DNA of 40,807 nt from an uncultured Candidatus Peribacteria bacterium (GCA_964628345.1 CAZVLZ010000002.1:1-40807), one strand, 5' to 3'; shown: positions 1 through 9,288, counted from the first letter of the stretch. The notes: generated by a model not told the origin, from the sequence alone. Numbers and translations: made by a program.

Positions 1-27
1 CTTCTTAGGATCGGACGGTTCGGCCAT
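1..27 (-). CDS. 5' end of an unidentified CDS running off the left edge (MAEPSDPKK...)
   Basis: ATG at 27-25 on the minus strand. It is preceded by TGCTATACT (44-36), an extended -10-like box 8 nt upstream. Only 9 codons are visible. Confidence 0.3.
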
Positions 28-86
28 ATCTGGATAGTATAGCACAAAACAGCCCTTTATGCTGATTCCTTCACAGGGGAGGAAGC

Positions 87-1850
87 CTATTCTTCCGCCA
101 CGCGGATGCCGAGTTCTTTCAGCTGCGCGTCGGAAACGACGGAGGGTGCTCCCATCATGACATCCTGTGCCTTGCCGTTCTTGGGGAAGGCATAGATATC
201 GCGAATCGAGGGACACTCCCACAGCACCATCATGAGGCGGTCGATACCCGGAGCGATGCCACCGTGGGGCGGTGCGCCGTATTGGAAGGCGCGAATCATG
301 CCTCCGAACTTCTTATCCACGTCTTCTTTCGTGTAACCGGCGATGGAGAATGCTCTGTACATGATGTCCGGGCGGTGATTGCGGATGGCGCCCGAACTGA
401 TCTCGAATCCGTTGCAGATCAGGTCATACTGGAATGCGAGAATCTGCAGGGGATCTTTTGAATCGAGCGCCTCCATCCCGCCCTGGGGCATGGAGAAGGG
501 GTTATGCATGAAATCGATCTTCTTCTCCTGCTCGTTCCATTCATACATGGGGAAATCTTTCACCCATGCCCACGCGGCGGATTTTGGGTCTGCGAGCTTG
601 AGTTTTTTGCCGATCTCGCCGCGCACCTGGCCGAGGGAGCGACAGGCGATCAGCCACTTGTCTGCCGTGAAGAAAGCAATATCCCCGTCTCCAAGCGCTA
701 TCTGTTGCGCGATTTTTTCCGAGAAATCTTCACCTAACTTCGTCACGGGTACTCCCTCTAGCTTTCCCTTGGTTCGTTTCATCCATGCGAGTCCTCTGGC
801 GCCGTACGTTCGCGCGACATCGGTGAGATCGTCGATTTCCTTGCGGGAGAATTTCGCCCCTCCGGCGACCCTCAATGCTTTCACCACTCCTCCCTGTGCG
901 ACTGCGTCCGCGAAAATGGAGAATCCGCAGCCTTTGCAGAGAGCGGTGATGTCATTGATTTCCAGGCCGAAGCGCAGATCCGGTTTATCCGAGCCATAGC
1001 GGTCAAAAATTTCCTTCCACGTGAAGCGAGGAAAGGTCCGCTGCGCGATTTTTTTATCACTGAACTTTTCCGTCAGTTCGATCATGAGCGGTTCCACCGC
1101 ATCGAAGACATCTTCCTGCGTGACGAAGCTCATTTCGAGATCCAATTGATAGAATTCGCCCGGGTGGCGGTCAGCGCGCGGGTCCTCATCACGGAAACAT
1201 GGGGCGATTTGGAAGTAGCGGTCCAGGCCGGCCACCATGAGGAGTTGTTTGAATTGCTGCGGGGCCTGGGGGAGCGCGTAGAACATTCCGTGGTGCAGAC
1301 GGCTGGGCACCAGATAGTCCCGTGCCCCCTCTGGCGAGGAATTGGCGAGGATAGGCGTCTGGACTTCTGTGAATCCCCTGCCATGCATGTACGTGCGGAT
1401 ATGCGCAATAAATGTATCGCGTTTCCGCATCATGTCTTGGAGGGTGGGACGTCGCAGATCCAGGAAACGGTACTGGAGCCGGAGCTCCTCATTCACCTCC
1501 TTCTCCTGATCGATTTCGAATGGCGGGGTTTTCGATTCACTCAATGTCTCAAGTTCCTCCGCCAGCACTTCAATGCCACCCGTCGGGTTCTCTTTGCGTT
1601 CCGCTCCTTCCACGCGTTTGCGGACCGTGCCCGTGATCTTCAGAACCCACTCCGGGCGGATTTTTTCCGCCGCTGCGAACGTGGGTTTGTTCTTCGGATC
1701 GAACACGATCTGCGTGAAACCGTAGCGGTCGCGCAAGTCCACGAAGATGAGTCCGCCGTGATCGCGGCGCCGGTGCACCCAGCCGCAGAGCGTCGTGGGT
1801 TCGCCAGCCTGTTTTGCCGTCAGTTCGCCGCAGGTGTGGGTTCGCAACAT
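87..1850 (-). CDS. aspS: aspartate--tRNA ligase (bacterial type)
   Basis: 587-aa ORF. N-terminal OB/anticodon-binding region (GWVHRRRDHGGLIFVDLRDRYG). Class II core motifs (APCFRDEDPRADR, YQLDLEMSF, HGGIAPGIDRL). Confidence 0.97.
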   Translation of the reverse strand: MLRTHTCGELTAKQAGEPTTLCGWVHRRRDHGGLIFVDLRDRYGFTQIVFDPKNKPTFAAAEKIRPEWVLKITGTVRKRVEGAERKENPTGGIEVLAEELETLSESKTPPFEIDQEKEVNEELRLQYRFLDLRRPTLQDMMRKRDTFIAHIRTYMHGRGFTEVQTPILANSSPEGARDYLVPSRLHHGMFYALPQAPQQFKQLLMVAGLDRYFQIAPCFRDEDPRADRHPGEFYQLDLEMSFVTQEDVFDAVEPLMIELTEKFSDKKIAQRTFPRFTWKEIFDRYGSDKPDLRFGLEINDITALCKGCGFSIFADAVAQGGVVKALRVAGGAKFSRKEIDDLTDVARTYGARGLAWMKRTKGKLEGVPVTKLGEDFSEKIAQQIALGDGDIAFFTADKWLIACRSLGQVRGEIGKKLKLADPKSAAWAWVKDFPMYEWNEQEKKIDFMHNPFSMPQGGMEALDSKDPLQILAFQYDLICNGFEISSGAIRNHRPDIMYRAFSIAGYTKEDVDKKFGGMIRAFQYGAPPHGGIAPGIDRLMMVLWECPSIRDIYAFPKNGKAQDVMMGAPSVVSDAQLKELGIRVAEE

Positions 1851-1851
1851 G

Positions 1852-1944
1852 GGGCAGAGAAGGGAGTGAGGTGAGGTGAGGGAAGGCAGTGAGGGCAGAG
1901 AAGGGAGTGAGGTGAGGTGAGGGAAGGCAGTGAGGGCAGAGAAG
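1852..1944. repeat. 41-bp perfect tandem repeat, about 2.3 copies, forming the aspS leader
   Basis: GGGCAGAGAAGGGAGTGAGGTGAGGTGAGGGAAGGCAGTGA at 1852-1892 is identical to 1893-1933. A partial third copy spans 1934-1944. The repeat is C/T-rich on the aspS sense strand. Confidence 0.92.
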
Positions 1945-1947
1945 CAG

Positions 1948-2313
1948 TTAATGAGTTCCGACCATTAGTTTTGTGATGAGGTAACTTATTCTGGCGCAGT
2001 GATCGAGAAGGTCGTTAAATTCCTCTTTTGTAAGATACTGTAGATCAAAAGCTAATTCAGCGAAATTATCTACCTCCACGACTGATCCTCGAGCACGCGC
2101 ATAGAACGCAATCCTATGTGCCTTTGTTGGCATGGCAGAACCTTCTGCAATATTTGCGGTAATGGAACTTGCCGCTCGTCTCATCTGGCTTGTCATTCCG
2201 AAAAGCTCTTCTCTGGGGAAGCGTGCCGTAATTCGATACACCTTTAGAGCGAGTACCTTTGCCTCTTTCCAGACAATGAGCGAACGGAAGCCAAATTCTT
2301 TCTCTTGGGGCAT
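1948..2313 (-). CDS. four-helix-bundle protein (23S rRNA intervening-sequence protein / Avd-like family)
   Basis: 121 aa with family-typical segments (SQMRRAASSITANIAEG, ARGSVVEV). GC is visibly lower than in the flanks. TATAAT (2326-2321) lies 7 nt upstream of the ATG. Confidence 0.88.
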   Translation of the reverse strand: MPQEKEFGFRSLIVWKEAKVLALKVYRITARFPREELFGMTSQMRRAASSITANIAEGSAMPTKAHRIAFYARARGSVVEVDNFAELAFDLQYLTKEEFNDLLDHCARISYLITKLMVGTH

Positions 2314-2379
2314 ATGAAGAATTATACATATTTCTTCTATACCTCCTTGCCTTTTCTGCCATTTTTGCCCTCCCTTCCT

Positions 2380-2826
2380 TTACTTTAAAAGCTGCCCTAA
2401 TTCCTTCTTGAATTCCTGCACATCCTTGAATTCCCGGTGCACGGAGGCGAAGCGGATGTAGGCGACGGTATCGAGTTTCTTGAGCTCGCGCATCACGTCC
2501 ATGCCGATCGTGGAACTGGATACTTCCCGGCGGTTGCCGCCCCATTTTTCCTCCAGCCGGGTGAGCAGGCGGTCAATCTTCTCCTGCGATATCGGGCGCT
2601 TGGTACACGAAAGCCAGATGCCCCGTTCCAGTTTGGTGCGGCTGTACGGCTCGCGGGTGCCGTCACGCTTCACGACGATCAGGTGAGAGAGTTCCTGACG
2701 TTCAAACGTGGTGAAACGGTGGTTGCACTTGGGGCACTCGCGCCGCCGCCGGATGGCGCGTCCTTCTTCGGCAAGACGGGAATCGACGACGGACGTATCG
2801 GCGGTCTTACACCGTGGGCAGTACAT
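2380..2826 (-). CDS. nrdR: transcriptional repressor NrdR
   Basis: Start trimmed to M43 of the track ORF. MYCPRCKTADTSVVDSR...CPKCNHRFTTFE is the zinc ribbon, followed by an ATP-cone (AYIRFASVHREF). 148 aa, which is the canonical size. Confidence 0.93.
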   Translation of the reverse strand: MYCPRCKTADTSVVDSRLAEEGRAIRRRRECPKCNHRFTTFERQELSHLIVVKRDGTREPYSRTKLERGIWLSCTKRPISQEKIDRLLTRLEEKWGGNRREVSSSTIGMDVMRELKKLDTVAYIRFASVHREFKDVQEFKKELGQLLK

Positions 2827-2830
2827 AGTG

Positions 2831-2913
2831 CATGAGAGGCAAACCAGCGGTTTTCCTCTCATGGACTCTCCTTTCCCTTTAAGAGGAAGCGCTCCAGGCA
2901 AGCGGAGCTTGCC
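2831..2913 (-). promoter_or_regulatory. structured nrdR leader: two perfect hairpins
   Basis: 2831-2863 is CATGAGAGG-c-AAACC-agc-GGTTT-t-CCTCTCATG (9+5 bp) and ends 4 nt from the nrdR ATG. 2897-2913 is GGCAAGC-gga-GCTTGCC (7 bp). TATAAT lies at 2929-2924 upstream. Confidence 0.35.
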
Positions 2914-2948
2914 TTCGCGCGTCATTATAACCTCTTCAATGCCGATTC

Positions 2949-3095
2949 TCACTTTTTTCGTCGATTCCTGCGCTGGTCAGAGGCCTGCGTGAGGGCGCTT
3001 GCAGAGACGGTCCGGACTTTCTTGCTCTTGCTCCTCTTTAAGAGCCGCGCCGCGACACGGGCAACACGGGGACTGGTCTTTTCATTTCTGGCCAT
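2949..3095 (-). CDS. small basic protein, 48 aa (MARNEKTSPRVARVAARLLKRSKSKKVRTVSASALTQASDQRRNRRKK)
   Basis: Internal ATG of the 66-aa track ORF. It is preceded by the C/T-rich leader typical of this window (attccccccttctcATG) and by TATACT at 3123-3118. No family recognised. Confidence 0.45.
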   Translation of the reverse strand: MARNEKTSPRVARVAARLLKRSKSKKVRTVSASALTQASDQRRNRRKK

Positions 3096-3129
3096 GAGAA
3101 GGGGGGAATGCACGGACAGTATACCGCAT

Positions 3130-3747
3130 TCAGGAAAGCGAGAGGCCACCCTGTCGTTTTGTCTGCGTGCCGTCTGTTCGGCTCAGGTCGATGATGGTGG
3201 ATGGTGGGACGGAAGGCAGTTCCCCACTATCGAGGATCAGATCAGGCTGCACAGTGGCCGATGCAAACTGCCGTTCAATCTCCTCCGCCGTGTAGGGGCT
3301 GGGTTCCCCGTGAAGATTGGCCGATGTCGTGGAGAGCGGACGGCCGAAGCGCGTAGCCAGTTCCATGGCGAGAGGGTGGGAGGAGATGCGGATGCCAAGG
3401 GAGGGCGTAGGGGATAGGGCGTGGGGCGTGGGGGAAATGGGAGGGGCATCTTTCCGAAGAGGGAGGATCAGGGTGAGGGGGCCAGGGAGGTGGCTGCTTG
3501 CCAGGCTCGTTGCCCGGTCGTTCCATTCCACATATCGTTTTGCCTCCTCCACTGATGGGAAGAGGGCGCTCACCGGCTGCTCCGCCGCACGCTTCTTGAT
3601 GGCGAAGAGTTTTGCCACAGCCTCTTCGCTCGCGAGGTCGCACGCCAGGCCGTAGCAGGTTTCCGTTGCGTGCGCGATGACGCCGCCTGCCGCCAGGATG
3701 CGCAGTGCCTCTTCCACTGCCTTCGGCGAAACCGCCACGCGCCGCAT
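3130..3747 (-). CDS. tsaC: L-threonylcarbamoyladenylate synthase (YrdC/Sua5 family)
   Basis: 205 aa with HATETCYGLACD, PGPLTLIL and LSTTSANLHGEP motifs. The start overlaps the dnaE stop (TGATG). Confidence 0.9.
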   Translation of the reverse strand: MRRVAVSPKAVEEALRILAAGGVIAHATETCYGLACDLASEEAVAKLFAIKKRAAEQPVSALFPSVEEAKRYVEWNDRATSLASSHLPGPLTLILPLRKDAPPISPTPHALSPTPSLGIRISSHPLAMELATRFGRPLSTTSANLHGEPSPYTAEEIERQFASATVQPDLILDSGELPSVPPSTIIDLSRTDGTQTKRQGGLSLS

Positions 3748-6700
3748 CAGGCCGCCGGAGAAGCGTAGAGGGCGAGAACATCTTCGATCTTCTTCTCGAG
3801 GATCGTCGACATGTTGATGGTCAGTGGCAGCGGAATCAGCTGGTCACCGATTTTGAGCTGCACTTTCTCCTTGCCGGGGAAGGTCTCGAGCACATGCTTC
3901 AAATCGAGCAGGAGTTTCTTGGGCGCTCGTTCCGGCAGCTCGATTGTGTGGATGGAAATCTGCGTCGAATAGGTTTTGGGTTCTGCGGGAGGAGCGGCCG
4001 TTTTCTCTTTGGATTGCGCCGGTTTACGCCGGGTGTCTGTTTCCTTCACGGCGGCTTCGGGCGCTTCGGTGTTCCCGAATCCCATGTCCTGCAGGAGATC
4101 CGCAACCGGCATTCCTTTGAGAATCCAGGCACTCAGGGGTCCATGGAAATCATCCCCCTGCGCGGTTTCAGCCACGGTCACCGTTGCACCGGCAATGACA
4201 TTTCCCTCCTCATCGACCAACTCGATTTCCTCCTGATCTTCGGGGCGCTTTCTGACGATCGACAGACCTGCACGGGCCTCCTCTTCGTCGAAGAATCCCT
4301 CCGCTTTCGCATGTGTGATCATCGTGGAGAGGACCGCGCGCTTGAGGGCATCGGCACGAATCTGCAGCTGGCCCGCTCGCAAATCCACTGTTCCTCCCAC
4401 GACCAGCACCGAATCCGGCATTTCCAGAATTTGGGCGAATTCGGCGTACACGCGCGGGAAGAGCGTAGCCTCCATCTTCCCCGTCGGGTCCTCCAGCAGG
4501 ATCACCGCCATCGTCTCGCCCTTTTTGGTCTGGATGCGCTTGATGTTCTCCACGAGGCCGGCGATCTTCACTTTCTTGCCGCTGTCTTTTGCAGTGAGGT
4601 CGGCGATGAGCTGCGCCTTCTTGCCGATGTACTTCTTGAGACCCGCGAGCGGGTGGCTGCTGACGTACATGCCGAGGGTCTCTTTCTCCCACTGGAGTTT
4701 TTGCAACGATGTCGCCTCCGGCGTCTTGGGAAACTCGATCTTCGCCTCATCCATGCCGGCATTGGTCGAAGCGAAGAGGTCATGCTGCGCCGCAGAGACA
4801 TCCCCGCTCCCCTTGGAGTAATCGACGATGCGTTCGTAGTGTTCGACGAGCGTTCGCCGCTCTCCGAGCGAGTCCAAAGCACCGGATTTCGCGAGAGCCT
4901 CAATCAACTTCTTGTTGAGCACTTTGGACGGCACACGACGCGCGAAATCTTCAATGGAGGTGAAGGGGCCGCGACACGTCACTCCATCCGTGCCTTTCGG
5001 TTCCCGGATATCGATGATCTGCTGCACGGAGCTCTCGCCGATGCCTTTGATCGCGGTCAAGCCGAAGCGGATGGAACCTACGGGTGAATGGCCGTTCGTC
5101 ATTTTCTTTCCGGGGGGCGGGATGGCGGTGAAGTGCCTGAGTGATTCATTGATGTCGGGTGGGAGTACCTGAATGCCCATCTGACGGCATTCCTCGATCT
5201 CGATCATCACGCGGTCCGTCCGCTGCGCATCCGAAGAGAGGAGCGCGGCCATGAATTCCGTCGGATAGTGCGCCTTGAGGTAGGCCGTCTCGAATGCGAT
5301 ACGGGCGTAACACGCGGCGTGCGCCTTGGGGAAACCATAGCCCGCGAACGGCATGATCACGTCCTCAAAGATCTTTTCGGCGAGCGCCTGGCCGTACCCC
5401 TTGCTCACGGCTCCTCGAATGAATTTGTCGCGCTGGGCATCGAGTTCCTTCTTAATCTTCTTGCCAATCGCCTTGCGCAGGATGTCCGCCTCGCCGAGTG
5501 AGTAACCGGCGAACACGCGTGCCAACTGAAGGATCTGTTCCTGATACACGCCGATGCCGTACGTCTCGCGGAAGATCGTCTCGAGATCCGGATGGATGTA
5601 CTCCACCTGCTCTTTGCCGTGTTTGCGCTTGATGAAGCTGGGGATCCAGTCCATGGGGCCGGGGCGGTAGAGGGCGGCCATCGCGGTGATGTCGCCGAAG
5701 GACGTGGGGACGAGTTGTTTCAGATACCGGCGCATGCCGGCAGATTCCAACTGAAAGACGCCCGTCGTGTCGCCGCGCTGAAGGAGCTGGTAGGTCTCGC
5801 GGTCCGCGAGCGGGAGCTTCGTCATGTCGAGCTTGATGCCGTGCAGTCGTTCGATGATCTCGAGCGTGGTCTGGATTACCGTGAGGTTGGTGAGGCCCAA
5901 GAAATCCATTTTGAGCAGTCCCAGTGCCTCGAGCGGCTTGGCTTCGTACTGCGTGATGATGATCTGTTCGTCCTTGGGCGCGCGCTGCAGCGCGGAATAC
6001 TGCACGGTGGGTTCCGGCGTGATGATGACCCCGCATGCGTGCACCGATACGTGACGCGCCTTGCCTTCCAGCCTGAACGCCGTGTCGATGATCTTCCTGT
6101 ACGTTTCGTTGCTGTCGTAGGCCGCCTTTAGTTCTGTAGTGTCCATGGCGTCCTTCAAAGTCGTTCCGGGGCGTTCGGGAATGAGCTTCGCCAGACTGTT
6201 CATTTCGAGGAAGGGCACGCCGTATGCGCGCCCGACGTCTTTCACCGCCGCGCGGGCCGCCAGCGTTCCGAAGGTGCAGATCTGTACCACGCGATCGCGT
6301 CCGTACTTTTCCCGCACGTATTCCAGCACTTCGTCACGGCGCGTATCGGCGAAATCCGTGTCGATATCCGGCATGGAGATGCGTTCGGGGTTTAAGAAGC
6401 GTTCGAAGATGAGGCCGTGCTCCAACGGATCGAGCGTCGTGATGTTGAGGCAGTACGAGACGATGGAACCTGCCGCTGATCCGCGCCCGGGTCCCACGGC
6501 GATGCCGCGGCGTTTCGCTTCGTTGATGAAATCGGCCACGATGAGAAAGTAGCCGGAGAAGCCCATGCTCTTGATGATGGAGAGTTCATGGTTCAGGCGC
6601 TCCTTCTGTTCCTGCGTCGCATTCGGATACCGCTGCGCAAAACCCTCTTCCGCGAGACGGCGGAGCGTCGACTCTTCCGTTTCCTGCTCTGCAACCGGAA

Positions 6701-7565
6701 AACGGGGGATGCGGTATTTCCCCAGCTCCAGTGTGACCGAGCAGCGATCGGCAATAATGCGGGTGTTTGCCAATGCTTCCGGCACATGGGCGAATGCCTT
6801 TTCCATCTCCTCAAACGGACGCATGGAGAAATCGCTGTCGCGCATCGAGAAACGCGTGGGGTCGCCGACGTTCGCATTCTTCTGGATGCAGAGCAGGACG
6901 TCGTGCGCCTCACTGTCCAGGGGGCGGCAGTAGTGACTGTTGCAGGTTGCGACCAGAGGCACATCCAGTTTTTTCGCCCAGGCGATGAGCTGCTGATTCA
7001 CCTCGTTCTGCCCCGTGACGTTGGGCAGGTCCATGAGTTCAAAGTAGAGATTGTCCTTTCCGAAGAACGAGCGGTAGAGCTCCGTGATTTCCCGGATGCG
7101 TTCGCCATCTTCCACGAGCGCCGCTTGCGGGACGGCGCCCGAAATGGGTCCCGTGAGAGCGATGAGTCCTTTGCCATATTGCCTGAGGAGCTCGCTATCC
7201 ACGCGCGGCTTGTAGTACATGCCTTCCATCGCCGCCTGCGTGGCGAGCGTGAGGAGGTTGCGATATCCCTCATCGTTCTCCGCGAGCAGTACGAGGGGGT
7301 AGCGTTTGGTGTCGGTACCGCTCTCCTGGTCGAACCGCGTGCGTGCGGCTACGTAGGTTTCGAGGCCGAGGATCGGCTTGAGTCCCGCTTTTCGGGCTGC
7401 CTGGTAGAACTCCACGAGGCCGTAGACGTATCCTTTATCGGCGATGCCGACGGCGGTCTGGTTCAGTTCTTTGGCGCGTGCCACGATCTCTTCGGGGCTG
7501 GGCAGCGCCTCGAGGAGGGAGTACGTACTATGGCAGTGTAGATGGACGAAATCTGGTGCTTTCAT
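3747..7565 (-). CDS. dnaE: DNA polymerase III alpha subunit
   Basis: 1272 aa. N-terminal PHP domain (HLHCHSTYSLLEA), polymerase core (PDIDTDF, GPGRGSAAGSIVSYCLNIT), OB-fold region, and a C-terminal extension. Confidence 0.97.
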   Translation of the reverse strand: MKAPDFVHLHCHSTYSLLEALPSPEEIVARAKELNQTAVGIADKGYVYGLVEFYQAARKAGLKPILGLETYVAARTRFDQESGTDTKRYPLVLLAENDEGYRNLLTLATQAAMEGMYYKPRVDSELLRQYGKGLIALTGPISGAVPQAALVEDGERIREITELYRSFFGKDNLYFELMDLPNVTGQNEVNQQLIAWAKKLDVPLVATCNSHYCRPLDSEAHDVLLCIQKNANVGDPTRFSMRDSDFSMRPFEEMEKAFAHVPEALANTRIIADRCSVTLELGKYRIPRFPVAEQETEESTLRRLAEEGFAQRYPNATQEQKERLNHELSIIKSMGFSGYFLIVADFINEAKRRGIAVGPGRGSAAGSIVSYCLNITTLDPLEHGLIFERFLNPERISMPDIDTDFADTRRDEVLEYVREKYGRDRVVQICTFGTLAARAAVKDVGRAYGVPFLEMNSLAKLIPERPGTTLKDAMDTTELKAAYDSNETYRKIIDTAFRLEGKARHVSVHACGVIITPEPTVQYSALQRAPKDEQIIITQYEAKPLEALGLLKMDFLGLTNLTVIQTTLEIIERLHGIKLDMTKLPLADRETYQLLQRGDTTGVFQLESAGMRRYLKQLVPTSFGDITAMAALYRPGPMDWIPSFIKRKHGKEQVEYIHPDLETIFRETYGIGVYQEQILQLARVFAGYSLGEADILRKAIGKKIKKELDAQRDKFIRGAVSKGYGQALAEKIFEDVIMPFAGYGFPKAHAACYARIAFETAYLKAHYPTEFMAALLSSDAQRTDRVMIEIEECRQMGIQVLPPDINESLRHFTAIPPPGKKMTNGHSPVGSIRFGLTAIKGIGESSVQQIIDIREPKGTDGVTCRGPFTSIEDFARRVPSKVLNKKLIEALAKSGALDSLGERRTLVEHYERIVDYSKGSGDVSAAQHDLFASTNAGMDEAKIEFPKTPEATSLQKLQWEKETLGMYVSSHPLAGLKKYIGKKAQLIADLTAKDSGKKVKIAGLVENIKRIQTKKGETMAVILLEDPTGKMEATLFPRVYAEFAQILEMPDSVLVVGGTVDLRAGQLQIRADALKRAVLSTMITHAKAEGFFDEEEARAGLSIVRKRPEDQEEIELVDEEGNVIAGATVTVAETAQGDDFHGPLSAWILKGMPVADLLQDMGFGNTEAPEAAVKETDTRRKPAQSKEKTAAPPAEPKTYSTQISIHTIELPERAPKKLLLDLKHVLETFPGKEKVQLKIGDQLIPLPLTINMSTILEKKIEDVLALYASPAA

Positions 7566-7695
7566 GAGATAGACAGAGAGCTGTCCTCCGTGAGGAATAA
7601 TGGAATATTAGAGTATCAGATTATCGGGGGTAAGCGCGGGATTTCATTACACAGAAATTCGCGATATTTCCCTATTCCAGCATGCCAATGCTCTC

Positions 7696-9288
7696 TTACA
7701 ATTCCGCGGCGCTCCTACACTGCTCCGCCACCTCCGTATCGAGTTCCGCACCGTTGATGTACGGAAAGCACTCGTCCTTGAAGACGATTTTCAAGATACG
7801 GTCCAGCTGCTTGTTGCAGGGACGGAAAATGCAGGAGGTGCGCAGGAATGCGGCGAAGTCGCGCACGAATTTTCGAAGCCCCTTGTCGGAGGTCTGTACG
7901 GTCAGAGAGAGCGCACGCACCTCCGTGCGCAACGGTACGAGGTTCTCGAAGACCTGGAGAGGAGCATCAATGGTTTTGGCGATCTGCATGCTCTCTTCTC
8001 TGGCCTGATTGAGGCTGAATTTCTGCAGGTACTGCTGCGCGTCAGCGCGCGCGCCGAGCATCCAGAGGAACATGCCGTTCTCCAGTGCTTCGGCGGCATC
8101 CCGTTCGGGCGTACCCTCGGCCAATGCATCGGAGTTGCGCAGGTACGCAGGAGGCAGACGGTCGCGACCCCAGCCGTTCCATAGGATGGAGAGCTTGGGC
8201 AGGAGGACGGTTTCGTTCGGTGAGAATGAGAAGGGACCGCGCCGCTCCCACTCGGCGACGCCCTCCGGGAGCTTTTCGCCTTCCGACAGACAGCCATTTT
8301 TCACCTGGTGCTGCCGCTTGCCACTTGCCCCCGCTCCGAAGTTTGAAAGATCCGTTCCCCCTCCGCCCAGGCGCTGTTCCAGATGCACGATAGTGTCTTT
8401 GACTGTGCCGATATCTGCAATCGCAGCGTCGCGGTCCTGCATCAGCTTCTGCAGACCTTCGATTTCCTTCTTGATGCCGTCTGGACCATTCATGCGACTC
8501 TGCAGGACCGAGAGGTCGCATCCGTATCCGATACCGGTGGGGGGCAGATAGTCGGTGGAGAAGGGGCAGGGCTCCTCTTCATCCTGCCCGCCCGTCTCCG
8601 TCGACGTGCAGCCCGCATCCACGCAGGCATAGCGTCTCTTGTAGACCGATCCGCGCGCGCCAACGCATATGTTATATTCCTCGTCGTTGCTCATCTGTTT
8701 GCATGCGGAAAGTCGTCCGTCTTCCTCCAGATCGCCCGGGCAGCACCAGTAGGGGGGCGGATCGAAACTGTAGTACGTCCCCTCTTCCTCATCCACATAG
8801 GTGGGGTCCCGTGCGCCGAGCAGGAGTGCCTTGTAGCGATTATTCAGGTAGCGCTGCATCGAAATCAATCGCGCCGCCTCAGAGACTTTGCCCGCTTCGA
8901 GAGCTTCGTTCTTGCGCATGCGCGCGCGTTCCATCCATCCTTCCAGAATGAGGGTGTCGAGCCGCAGGCAAGGTGGATTCTCCGCGAGGTCCTGCCGCTG
9001 TTCCACGATGCGCAGGTCCGTGTCGATCGTGAGGAGGAAGAAGCCGGTAACCTTGTCGAGCCAGAAAAGTCTGAGCATCTTATCTGTTGTGGATTCGCCT
9101 CCGTCGGAATTCCTGAGTCCCGCATCGACCCGGCGCACCACCCGTTCCACGTAGGGCGAGACGGGTGTGAGATCGGCGTACTGATCACCCTCCTGCGCCA
9201 AGGCTTCGGCGGGCAGGCCTGCAGCCACTGACCCGAAGACCAGGGAGAGGGAGAGGAAGCCGGCGAACGACAAGGGAGTGCGCTTCAT
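7696..9288 (-). CDS. secreted Cys-containing orphan protein (gene 5 of a 5-gene operon)
   Basis: 530 aa. Signal-peptide-like N-terminus (MKRTPLSFAGFLSLSLVFGSVAAGLPAEALA). ATGA overlap with the upstream gene. No recognisable family. Confidence 0.75.
   Translation of the reverse strand: MKRTPLSFAGFLSLSLVFGSVAAGLPAEALAQEGDQYADLTPVSPYVERVVRRVDAGLRNSDGGESTTDKMLRLFWLDKVTGFFLLTIDTDLRIVEQRQDLAENPPCLRLDTLILEGWMERARMRKNEALEAGKVSEAARLISMQRYLNNRYKALLLGARDPTYVDEEEGTYYSFDPPPYWCCPGDLEEDGRLSACKQMSNDEEYNICVGARGSVYKRRYACVDAGCTSTETGGQDEEEPCPFSTDYLPPTGIGYGCDLSVLQSRMNGPDGIKKEIEGLQKLMQDRDAAIADIGTVKDTIVHLEQRLGGGGTDLSNFGAGASGKRQHQVKNGCLSEGEKLPEGVAEWERRGPFSFSPNETVLLPKLSILWNGWGRDRLPPAYLRNSDALAEGTPERDAAEALENGMFLWMLGARADAQQYLQKFSLNQAREESMQIAKTIDAPLQVFENLVPLRTEVRALSLTVQTSDKGLRKFVRDFAAFLRTSCIFRPCNKQLDRILKIVFKDECFPYINGAELDTEVAEQCRSAAEL

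Noticed and set aside
1852-1944. Tandem repeats and the hairpin cluster at 19471-19627 as CRISPR arrays
   Set aside because: The repeats are contiguous with no unique spacers of regular length, and there are no cas genes.
1948-2313. Avd-like four-helix-bundle gene as part of a diversity-generating retroelement
   Set aside because: No reverse transcriptase gene and no template/variable repeat pair anywhere in the window. The adjacent repeat is a simple tandem array, not a TR/VR pair.
3705-5087. Long ORFs opposite dnaE (460 aa). The same applies to 11154-12593 (+, 479 aa), 27058-28476 (-, 472 aa), 14013-14852, 15165-16184, 16626-17525 and the many shorter track entries
   Set aside because: All overlap strongly supported or codon-biased genes on the other strand and have low-complexity R/G/H/P-rich translations. 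They are shadow ORFs.
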